Assembly: GCA_002314595.1 (NCBI GenBank)
Contig: DCGP01000017.1
Coordinates: 23,879 to 87,878 of the forward strand
DNA: 64,000 nucleotides
Direction: 5' to 3'
DNA from: Clostridiales bacterium UBA1775
Lineage (GTDB): Bacteria; Bacillota; Clostridia; Monoglobales; Firm-18
This document shows, one piece after another, positions 26,801 to 33,254 of this stretch. Below the pieces are notes generated by a model. The model did not search any database and was not told where the DNA came from. It saw only the letters and a program-made list of their open reading frames with translations. How positions within the stretch are numbered: the first letter of the stretch is position 1; the number at the start of each line of letters is the position of its first letter. A program made the position numbers and the translations under genes.

Positions 26801-28077
26801 TATTTAAAAATCTATTTTCAAACCCTACACCTCACGGATTATGTGAGTTTATTCACGGAGGACGTGATACAAAAGTATTTGCTCCTGATGATAAAGAAGC
26901 AGACAAATATGATTACAGTGCTTTAAAATACAACACAGTGGACTATGTAAACGAAATTACCTCAGGAGAAATAGGCGATGTTCTTTTGACAGGCGTTACA
27001 GGATTTTTAGGTAGCCATATTTTAAAGGAATTGATTGAAAACACAAGTGGAAACGTCATTTGTTTGGTTAGAGCAAAGGGCGATATGAGTGGTGAAACAA
27101 GATTCCAAATGATGATGACCTACTATTTTGAAGATTGGTTTACCGATGAAATGAAAAAACGTGTTACTGTGATTGAAGGCGAGCTGGGCGACGAAGGTAT
27201 TTTGGAAAAAGTTAAGGATTGCCATTTTGACACTATTATCAACAGTGCTGCAAATGTAAAGCATTTCGCAGCAGGCGATGAATTATTAAAGGATAACTTT
27301 ACGGGTGTTGGGAATATGGTTGCTCTTGCAGAAGAAAAGAATGCGTTATTTGTGCAAATTTCTTCAACAAGTGTCAGTGGTGAAGCCGTTGAGGGTGGAG
27401 TTTCAGACGATTTCTTGTTTAGAGAATGCGACCTAAACATTGGTCAATCCCTTGAAAATAAGTATATTTTTTCAAAATATCAAGCAGAACAACTTGTTAT
27501 TGATGCAATTTCAAAGGGGAAAATTAGGGGCAAGGTAATTCGTTTAGGCAACCTTATGGCAAGAGAGAATGACAGCGAATTCCAAATAAATGCCGGTTCA
27601 AACGGATTCTTAAAACAATTTTCCGGTTATAAAAAACTTGCAATGTTCCCTGTTGATTTGATGGATAAGCATATTGAATTTTCTCCCATAGATTCGACGG
27701 CAAAGGCAATAGTGTTGTTATCGGGAACTCCTGACAAGTTTACCGTATTCCACGCAAAAAACTGCAACTCTATACATTACGGATACTTTATTAACGCAAT
27801 GATTAGCAAGGGAATAAATATAAATATTGTGCCTAATGAGGTTTTTACAAAGCGATATAAGCAAGCACTAAATGAGGAAACGGACATTTCGGATTTTACA
27901 TCATTTATTGCATATATGAGCAATGCAAACAGCGATAAAGTTATGCACCAAATTGAATCAAGTGCAGATTTTACCACAAAGGCGTTATACAGACTTGGCT
28001 TTGCTTGGCCGTTAATAAGTAGCAAATATTTAGAGGAAATGGTTAAAACACTAATTGATTTAAGCTTTTTCTCATAA
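20818..28077 (+). CDS. Dimodular non-ribosomal peptide synthetase, C-A-T-C-A-T-R (terminal thioester reductase)
   Basis: Motifs read directly. C1 HHNIFDG (nt ~21220). A1 LIYTSGTTGTPKG / NCYGPSE / GRRDGQVKIRGFRIEL / NAKVDKKKLP. T1 LAGLSSIGS (~23700). C2 HHIILDG (~24235). A2 VIYSSGTTGVPKG / NGYGPSE / GRRDGQVKIRGFRVEL / NGKVDKKKLP. T2 FAIGGSSIS (~26740). Reductase Rossmann LLTGVTGFLGSHIL (~26985) and Y-x3-K (YIFSK). No TE domain. Confidence 0.95.
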   Translation: MDRFKDTKKESMLTDSQFGIYLECIDENNCADYLLPISFVFQKGKIDAVKLSDAFDKVANTYSAFSTVIKTVNSEPIMTIYDKELPKLKVRKISENDVKTRKMELFKPFSFNGELLWRGEILETENDIIFLLIIHHNIFDGTSMAVLNNALALAYEGKDLSEEGTVFDAKKAEDDMVDNGISKESMDFYDEYLDGIETDSNIIPDMPQVNTSKMAVVDVACEIPMDKITAFAKENSVTENIVFLSAFAYTLCKVNGQKDALFSSVESGRFGGGYNNSIGMFVKSFPIRINYDEEIASFDFVKGVKTNFFNTLSHNHIKFSDLIQNYSGIADVRYIYQGEMFKGIAVGGVAPRIDVLDTYEPVSNFDFMVYKIDNTFRIWLGYKCTMYTRELIEHFADMFFCVLNGMLDGKKLGDISFVSQKGMEELDKINNTKFTYDEGLTVNSIFEEATEKYPNNIAVLYKDKKLTYSELNTQINKVATYVSQKGIGKNEFVSVLIPRNEFMPITAMGIIKAGAGYQPLDPTYPKDRLDFMVSDSKSKLLIADRSLIGLLSEYKGDILYTDEIDNISEMPFKTDVKPDNAFVLIYTSGTTGTPKGCIIENKNIVALYFNHKKLVELSPNSKVATIASFGFDAAVMDIFTTLMVGATLYIIPDEIKLDIPEVEKIYIENGITNGFMTTQLGRMFLEQTKCKTLKHFVLGGEKLVPFTPPAWVQCHNCYGPSETIAYVTGYTIKDDSSMQPIGKLSINTKAYIVDSTNRLLPIGACGELCIAGLQVGRGYFERPEKTAEVFVKNPFSNECGYDRIYKTGDVVRLLPDGNLDFIGRRDGQVKIRGFRIELTEVEQVIRSFDGIKNATVQTYDDAVSGKFIAAFIVADSKIDIDKLNKYIMSQKPAYMVPAVTMQIDNIPVNANAKVDKKKLPKPEYSFGEIVAPQNNTQQDIFDIVTSVIGTTAISIDTDLYLAGLSSIGSIKLCSLLAEKFNITIQMKDLKQNNTIVKLETFVDTAGQNAEFERTILDDYPLTKTQEGIFVECISKPESTVYNIPILLKLSDKLDINKLKSAIVSAVSAHPYIKTELFTDENGTVRQKKMDDAHFDVDSIDNINEEIDSIKETLIQPFELLNSRLFRVKIIKDSYLFLEFHHIILDGTSINLFLRDIEKAYCGEELQEERYNSFDLSYNEEQKRKTSALDEAKKHYDNILDGLDMNFLPEPDRLMSAKKDSGSLLMSQMLPSVDKVLEYCNKNNIGINGFLSGVFGFVLAKYAGTEYSVFNTIYNGRNDSRAMTTIGMLVKTIPVVCNIEKENSADIAKAVSSQIIDSMTNDLYSFAEICNEYGVRNDIVFVYQGDDFEFNTFCGETVSEVHLELSESKAPIAFEVSIVNGKFNYKVDYNAEIFTEKLIQTLVCAFDKAIYSFVNGEKVSEISLLTDEITKELDKYNETEFVYDTSKTIIDHYIEQVKLNPDRKCVVYKDKTYTYKEANDLSRKVSSHLISSGINKGDIVAILINRDENMILASYGVIMSGCAYVGLDPTYPKDRLDLMITDSGAKALIADRSLMGLISKPDCKIIYTDEFEALPTNDDVVDQRISEITPNDRCLVIYSSGTTGVPKGAVLCHKNVVSFYYNYTNDMDIKVGSCVATYASFGFDGGAQDVFCCPMSGASLYVIPDDIRLDMDKLEQFYIQNKITSGFMTTQVGAMFVNNTKCRTLRNFLVGGEKLIPAIPPAWTNFMNGYGPSETMCYVNKYHVADTGNLQPIGKTSKNVKEYIIDKYGNRLPFGACGELCISGGQTGMGYLNRPEKTAQSFVKNPFCNLEPYDRMYKTGDIARIMPDGNYVFVGRRDGQVKIRGFRVELSEIEQQIRKFDGITNATVEAFDSSTGGKFLAAYIVANKEIDIAKLNEFIASEKPDYMVPAVTMRLDEIPLTSNGKVDKKKLPKPTPTTRKGIEPANETEETICDIFEEVLGLEKVYADDDFFAIGGSSISAIQVVVKCNNAGYSIVFKNLFSNPTPHGLCEFIHGGRDTKVFAPDDKEADKYDYSALKYNTVDYVNEITSGEIGDVLLTGVTGFLGSHILKELIENTSGNVICLVRAKGDMSGETRFQMMMTYYFEDWFTDEMKKRVTVIEGELGDEGILEKVKDCHFDTIINSAANVKHFAAGDELLKDNFTGVGNMVALAEEKNALFVQISSTSVSGEAVEGGVSDDFLFRECDLNIGQSLENKYIFSKYQAEQLVIDAISKGKIRGKVIRLGNLMARENDSEFQINAGSNGFLKQFSGYKKLAMFPVDLMDKHIEFSPIDSTAKAIVLLSGTPDKFTVFHAKNCNSIHYGYFINAMISKGININIVPNEVFTKRYKQALNEETDISDFTSFIAYMSNANSDKVMHQIESSADFTTKALYRLGFAWPLISSKYLEEMVKTLIDLSFFS

Positions 28078-28093
28078 AAAGGAAGGTATAAAA

Positions 28094-28390
28094 ATGAATA
28101 TTGAAGTAAAAAAAGAAAACGGAAACACTGTGATTTGCCTAAACACAAGGCTTGACTCGACCACTGCCGGTGAATTAGATGAAGTAATTCAAAAAGAAGT
28201 GCAGGCTGTTGAAAACAATATGATAGTTGACTTGAAAAATGTTGATTTTGTATCATCTATCGGACTTCGTGTGCTTGTTTCTGCTTACAAGTCACTAGAC
28301 GGAAAGCAGATGATAATAAAAAATGCAAACAGTTCGATAATAGAGGTGTTAAAGCTATCCGGATTGTTATCTCTGTTTACAGTTGAGTAG
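28094..28390 (+). CDS. STAS-domain protein (anti-sigma-factor antagonist, SpoIIAA/RsbV type)
   Basis: 98 aa. DLKNVDFVSSIGLRVLV aligns with SpoIIAA LEDLSFMDSSGLGVIL, so the phospho-acceptor Ser (S54/S55, nt 28253-28258) is present. C-terminal LKLSGL motif. SD AGGAAGG, 16 nt after the NRPS stop. Confidence 0.85.
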   Translation: MNIEVKKENGNTVICLNTRLDSTTAGELDEVIQKEVQAVENNMIVDLKNVDFVSSIGLRVLVSAYKSLDGKQMIIKNANSSIIEVLKLSGLLSLFTVE

Positions 28391-28399
28391 GGTAACGTT

Positions 28400-30169
28400 A
28401 TGGAAAACAAAAAGAAAAGTATCGAATATACGAGAAATGAACGAACAACAAATAAAGTAGTAGCATTCTTTTTGCTTCTCTTCGTTGCAATGACTATCGT
28501 AAACGAGTTTATTCTAACAGTTGACTATGCAACAAACTTGGATTATGCAAACAAGTATGTATATTTTCCAATAAGCATTGTCTTAGTCTGCATTTTTGCG
28601 ATTGCATGGATATATAATTTTGAGGCATATTGGCTAAAACACGTACTGATGGGTGGACTTATTTTAGTGTCCATTATTGTGTTCTTTGTGTTTACAACCT
28701 ACGCATTGTATTCTGTCTTTATACCACTAATTATTGCAACACGATATTTTAATAAAAAAATGATTTACACAGTCTCTATAATTACCGGGGTGTTGTTTGT
28801 TGTTGCATGTATATTAAATGTCACACTGGAATCTGTTTCGGAAACAATTCAAATATTTCACCAAAATGTTGTATATAACATTTGGCAAAGTTATCTTGAC
28901 GCCATTGTTTATATAGCAATTCCTTGCCTTTTGGTTATGGTATTCATGTTAATTTTCGGAATAAATTTAACCAAAAGTGGAAGAAATTTGCTAATGGAAC
29001 AAATAGATAATAATAAAAAGATTGCATCAGTTGACGCCGAGCTTGAAATGGCAGCCAAAATACAAAAAAGCGTTCTTCCAAAGCCATATTTTCAAACGGA
29101 AAATAAAAACTTTACTTTGTCGGCATTTGAAACTCCGGCAAAGGAGGTTTGTGGAGATTTTTTTGACTATTTCATGGCAGGGGAAAACAGCATGGCGATA
29201 TTGGTTGCAGATGTGTCCGACAAAGGTGTTCCTGCAGCAATGTTTATGATGTCTGCCAAAAAGGTAATGCAATGCGCGATTGAAAGCTGCGATACATTAG
29301 ACGATGCCATTGAGCTTGCTAACAAACTAATATGCAACGACAACCAATACGGAATGTTCTTGACATTGTGGATGGGTGTAATAAATGTCAAAAGTGGTGT
29401 AGGAAAATATGTAAATGCAGGTCATCCATACCCCATTATAAAACACGCAGATGGCAGTGTTGAGTTTATTGAAAATGAACCCGATTTATTTCTTGGCAAT
29501 TTCCCAAAAAAGAACCCGAAAGTCAATACCTTTGTTATGAAGCCTGATGACGTGCTTTTTATTTACACTGATGGTTTGACTGACTCAATGAATCAGAAAA
29601 GGGAATGTTTTGGTATTAAAAGAGTTATTAACCAAATAGAGCAAAGTGAAAATGATGCTGAAAAGCTGGCCAAGTCTGTAATCGAGTCAGTAAAAGAGTT
29701 TTCAAAGGAAAGTGTTCAATTTGACGATATAACAACGCTTTGTCTAAAATGCAACAAAATTGATGAGCCGGATTTTGCAAGTTGTAAGATTACTAGTGGA
29801 ACAGAAGGCACTAAAATAATCAATGACAAAATTCAAGAGATGTTAATAAATGCAAAATGTCCTGATGAAAAGCGTCGCAATATTGGTGTAGTAGTTGATG
29901 AAATTTGCGCAAACATCAACGAACACGGCTATCACGAAAACGGAGAAATTGAAGTTAACGCACTTGTTGGAGATAATTATGCTAAAATCCAATTTTTAGA
30001 CAACGGCAAAGCCTTTAATCCTCTTGAAAAAACCGACCCGATTATAACCGACGAACCACAAATAGGTGGGTTGGGAATTTATTTTGTAAAGCAACTTTCC
30101 GACAACTTTTCCTATGAATATGTTGACGGAAAAAACAAACAGACAGTGTTATTTATATGGAATATGTAA
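28400..30169 (+). CDS. Membrane-anchored PP2C (SpoIIE/RsbU-type) phosphatase fused to an RsbW/SpoIIAB-type HATPase kinase domain
   Basis: About 5-6 TM helices (aa ~20-195). PPM motifs VCGDFFDYF, ILVADVSDKGVPAAMFM, IYTDGLTDS, FDDITTLCL. C-terminal GHKL ATPase N-box VVVDEICANINEHGY, G1 FLDNGKAFNP and G2 GGLGIYFVKQL. Starts 9 nt after the STAS stop. Confidence 0.85.
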   Translation: MENKKKSIEYTRNERTTNKVVAFFLLLFVAMTIVNEFILTVDYATNLDYANKYVYFPISIVLVCIFAIAWIYNFEAYWLKHVLMGGLILVSIIVFFVFTTYALYSVFIPLIIATRYFNKKMIYTVSIITGVLFVVACILNVTLESVSETIQIFHQNVVYNIWQSYLDAIVYIAIPCLLVMVFMLIFGINLTKSGRNLLMEQIDNNKKIASVDAELEMAAKIQKSVLPKPYFQTENKNFTLSAFETPAKEVCGDFFDYFMAGENSMAILVADVSDKGVPAAMFMMSAKKVMQCAIESCDTLDDAIELANKLICNDNQYGMFLTLWMGVINVKSGVGKYVNAGHPYPIIKHADGSVEFIENEPDLFLGNFPKKNPKVNTFVMKPDDVLFIYTDGLTDSMNQKRECFGIKRVINQIEQSENDAEKLAKSVIESVKEFSKESVQFDDITTLCLKCNKIDEPDFASCKITSGTEGTKIINDKIQEMLINAKCPDEKRRNIGVVVDEICANINEHGYHENGEIEVNALVGDNYAKIQFLDNGKAFNPLEKTDPIITDEPQIGGLGIYFVKQLSDNFSYEYVDGKNKQTVLFIWNM

Positions 30170-30214
30170 TACAGTCTCTATAAAAAAGAAAAATAGCATA
30201 AAATACAACTTTTT

Positions 30215-30260
30215 AAAAACGACTAACATTTAGTTAGTCGTTTTGTAGTTTATTTAAAAT
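30215..30260 (+). repeat. 46-bp direct repeat, copy A (contains terminator hairpin 30216-30244)
   Basis: AAAAACGACTAACATTTAGTTAGTCGTTTTGTAGTTTATTTAAAAT is identical to 33209-33254. The hairpin AAAACGACTAAC-attta-GTTAGTCGTTTT ends the NRPS operon. Confidence 0.9.
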
Positions 30261-30320
30261 AAAGCGTGAAAACAAAAAGCAGGTTGAAGAAAGACTTATT
30301 GAAAAATATATAGGCGAAAT

Positions 30321-31073
30321 CTAAATTGTCATATTCTTTCTCATTTTTAAAGGTGCAATTTTATATTTCTTTTCAAATTCTTTTCTAAAATATGAATAAG
30401 AACTAAATCCCAAATCGTCACTGATTTGGGATATTTTTTTATCTGTTGAAACTATCATATCCTTTGCTTTTTCAAGAATTATTTCTTTTCTCATAGAATT
30501 CAAGGTTGTATTTGATGATTTTCTGAAAGCAAAATAAATCCCTGACGGGCTAATATCAAATTTTTCGGAAATTTCGTAAATTGTGGCTTTGGGATTTTTA
30601 TACAAGTAATTGTTTATTTTTTCAACAAGCTTTATGGATTTATTAACCTTAATGCTTTTCATATTTTCCATTAAATGCCCAACCAAAAAATAAAATCTTC
30701 CTATATCTTTCGGAGAAAGCTTTCTTACATCTTTCAACTCGTCAAAGATTTTAATATTTTCTTTATCACACTCAACAACTTGAACAGGATAACTTTTACT
30801 GTCAACATTAGGCAAAAATTCAAAACCCAAGGAAACGAATTTAATCTTTGGAGTTCCGTACCAATATGATCTATACCCTTGCTTATTGGGAATATAAAAC
30901 ACATCGCCTTTATTTATTTCAACATAATAATCCTTTGTTACAATTTTACATCTTCCCTCTTCCATATATGCAAAATAATGAGCACCTATCCCCTTTTGAT
31001 TATCTGTGTAATGATATGAATCAAATGAAAAATAATTAAAATTAAAACTATTAGCGAAAATTATGTCATTCAT
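30321..31073 (-). CDS. AraC family transcriptional regulator (cupin + HTH)
   Basis: N-terminal cupin-like sensor (GDVFYIP) and C-terminal double HTH (ISQISDDLGFSSYSYFRKEFEKKYKIAPLKMR). Confidence 0.85.
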   Translation of the reverse strand: MNDIIFANSFNFNYFSFDSYHYTDNQKGIGAHYFAYMEEGRCKIVTKDYYVEINKGDVFYIPNKQGYRSYWYGTPKIKFVSLGFEFLPNVDSKSYPVQVVECDKENIKIFDELKDVRKLSPKDIGRFYFLVGHLMENMKSIKVNKSIKLVEKINNYLYKNPKATIYEISEKFDISPSGIYFAFRKSSNTTLNSMRKEIILEKAKDMIVSTDKKISQISDDLGFSSYSYFRKEFEKKYKIAPLKMRKNMTI

Positions 31074-31180
31074 ACCAAATCTCCCTAAAATACTTGAATA
31101 AAATTACCTGTTTTTTAAATTATATCATCTTTTTTTTATTCTGTCAATTTGCTATAATTAGGTTTAGAGGTGATGATTTT

Positions 31181-32203
31181 ATGAAAAACAAAAGAATAGT
31201 ATTTACAAAACCGTATACAGCAGAGCTTCTAGATGTTGAGATGAATCAGCTTAATGACAACGATGTTAAGGTTAAAACTATGTTTAGTACAATAAGCTGT
31301 GGAACGGAAAAAGCAAATTATATAGGCGACCCAAACTGCTCCGTATCAAGTAACGCAAAAACTACTTTCCCAAGGTCTGTTGGTTACAGCAGTTCAGGTG
31401 TTGTTGTAGAAGTAGGCAAAAACGTTAAAGACCTTAAGGTCGGTGACAGAGTTGTAACTTTTTGGGGAGTTCATACAAAATACAATATTTTAAATGAAGG
31501 CAGAGTTGTAAAAATCGAATATGACGACGTAGATTTTCAATCTGCAGCAATGACATTTATTTCAACATTTCCTCTTGCAGCAATCAGAAAAACAAAAATT
31601 GAAATTGGTGAAAGTGCTATGGTTATGGGACTTGGAATTCTTGGAATTTTTGCCGTTAAATATTTAAGACTTGCAGGAGCAACACCAATTATTGCAGTAG
31701 ATTTTAACAAAGAAAGACGAGAAATTGCTTTAAAAAACGGAGCAGATTTTGCCTTTGACCCGTCTAATGAAAACTTTTCCGAAAAGGTTAAACAGGTTAC
31801 AAACGGGGGAGTTAACGTTGCAATTGAGGTTACGGGTGTCGGAGAAGGACTTAATGAAGCCCTTGACTGTATGAAGAAAATGGGAAGAGTCGCTCTTCTC
31901 GGTTGCACAAGAAATTCCAATTTCACCGTTGATTACTATAAAAAAGTTCACGCACCGGGAATTTCTTTAATTGGCGCTCACACTAATGCAAGGCCCGGTA
32001 ATGAATCTTATCCTAATCATTTTACACATAGAGATGACATAAAAGTTGCTTTAAATTTGTTACATTCAAAAAGGGTTGAGTTTATTTCTTTAATTCAGGA
32101 ATTTCACTCACCAAAGGATTGCACAAAGGTTTATGATCGTCTTGTTAACGACAAAAGTTTCCCTATTGTTTCTCAATTTGATTGGAGGGACATTGATGAT
32201 TAA
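31181..32203 (+). CDS. Medium-chain (Zn-type) dehydrogenase/reductase family oxidoreductase
   Basis: GroES-like N-domain (SCGTE, GDRV) and Rossmann GLGILGIFAV. Start at ATG 31181. The track's extension to 31094 is AT-rich non-coding. Confidence 0.8.
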   Translation: MKNKRIVFTKPYTAELLDVEMNQLNDNDVKVKTMFSTISCGTEKANYIGDPNCSVSSNAKTTFPRSVGYSSSGVVVEVGKNVKDLKVGDRVVTFWGVHTKYNILNEGRVVKIEYDDVDFQSAAMTFISTFPLAAIRKTKIEIGESAMVMGLGILGIFAVKYLRLAGATPIIAVDFNKERREIALKNGADFAFDPSNENFSEKVKQVTNGGVNVAIEVTGVGEGLNEALDCMKKMGRVALLGCTRNSNFTVDYYKKVHAPGISLIGAHTNARPGNESYPNHFTHRDDIKVALNLLHSKRVEFISLIQEFHSPKDCTKVYDRLVNDKSFPIVSQFDWRDIDD

Positions 32204-33227
32204 AATTGCCCAAATCGGCATAGGTCATGACCATGCTGTTTGTATGATAAACTCACTTAAAAATCTTCCGGAAATTTTCGAAATTGTGGGGTACTGCATT
32301 GTTCCTGAAGAATACGAAACAGCCAAAGACAAGTTTGATGAAAAAACAAGAAAAAGTTATGACGATATTAAAGAAATGACCGTTGAAGAAATTTTGAATT
32401 TTGAAGGGCTTCAAGCAGTTACAATTGAAACAGAGGACAGAAGCTTAACCAAATATGCAATTCTTGCAGCAGAAAAAGGCCTTGCAATTCAAATGGACAA
32501 ACCGGGAAGTGCCTCTGATGAAGATTTTGACAAATTGATTGACCTTGTTAAAGAAAACAATCTTGTTTTTTCAACAGGTTATATGTATCGCTTTAACCCT
32601 GCAGTTATTGAACTTAAAGAAAAAATAAAAAAAGGTGACTTTGGAGAAATTTATTCCATTGATGCTACTATGAATTGTACTCACAACGTTCTAAAAAGAG
32701 AGTGGCTAAAAAATTATCCGTCAGGAATGTTATATTTTTTAGGTTGCCACTTAATTGATTTGGTTTACAGTATTTTAGGTGAGCCTAAAAATGTTATCCC
32801 TTTAAGCAGACACACAGGAATTGACAATGTTGATGCAGATGACTTCGGTATGGCAATTTTCGAATACGAAAACGGGGTTTCAACCGTTAAAAGTACCTCA
32901 GTTGAATGTGGTGGCTATTTGCAAAGGAGGTTAACTCTTTGTGGTTCAAAGGGAACCTTTGAAATTCAACCTCTCGAAAGCCATGCAGAAGAAAATTTGC
33001 CTTTTGCCTACGGATTGACAACATCAACAAAGGAAAATCATGATAATAATTGGGGGTCATCACCAATAATTAAGGATTATAAGCCATTCCCAAGATATAA
33101 CAATATGCTTTGTGCCTTTGCCGATTACATTTTAGGCAAAAAAGAAAATCCATACTCTTATGAGTATGAAAGAAATTTACATAAGCTTATATTAAAGGCT
33201 TGTACTAAAAAAACGACTAACATTTAG
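32196..33227 (+). CDS. Gfo/Idh/MocA family oxidoreductase
   Basis: N-terminal Rossmann MIKIAQIGIGHDHA. GGAGGG SD 5 nt before ATG 32196. It overlaps the upstream gene by 8 nt. The last six codons (KKTTNI) and the stop lie inside repeat copy B. Confidence 0.8.
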   Translation: MIKIAQIGIGHDHAVCMINSLKNLPEIFEIVGYCIVPEEYETAKDKFDEKTRKSYDDIKEMTVEEILNFEGLQAVTIETEDRSLTKYAILAAEKGLAIQMDKPGSASDEDFDKLIDLVKENNLVFSTGYMYRFNPAVIELKEKIKKGDFGEIYSIDATMNCTHNVLKREWLKNYPSGMLYFLGCHLIDLVYSILGEPKNVIPLSRHTGIDNVDADDFGMAIFEYENGVSTVKSTSVECGGYLQRRLTLCGSKGTFEIQPLESHAEENLPFAYGLTTSTKENHDNNWGSSPIIKDYKPFPRYNNMLCAFADYILGKKENPYSYEYERNLHKLILKACTKKTTNI

Positions 33228-33254
33228 TTAGTCGTTTTGTAGTTTATTTAAAAT
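33209..33254 (+). repeat. 46-bp direct repeat, copy B (bidirectional terminator 33210-33238)
   Basis: Perfect copy of 30215-30260. It spans the 3' ends of both converging genes (oxidoreductase stop 33225-33227, uxaC stop 33248-33250). Confidence 0.9.

Noticed and set aside
27777-28256. 159-aa antisense ORF spanning the NRPS/STAS junction
   Set aside because: It is antisense to two well-supported genes and has low-complexity Leu/Phe/Ser-rich content typical of the reverse frame of AT-rich coding DNA. It has no SD.
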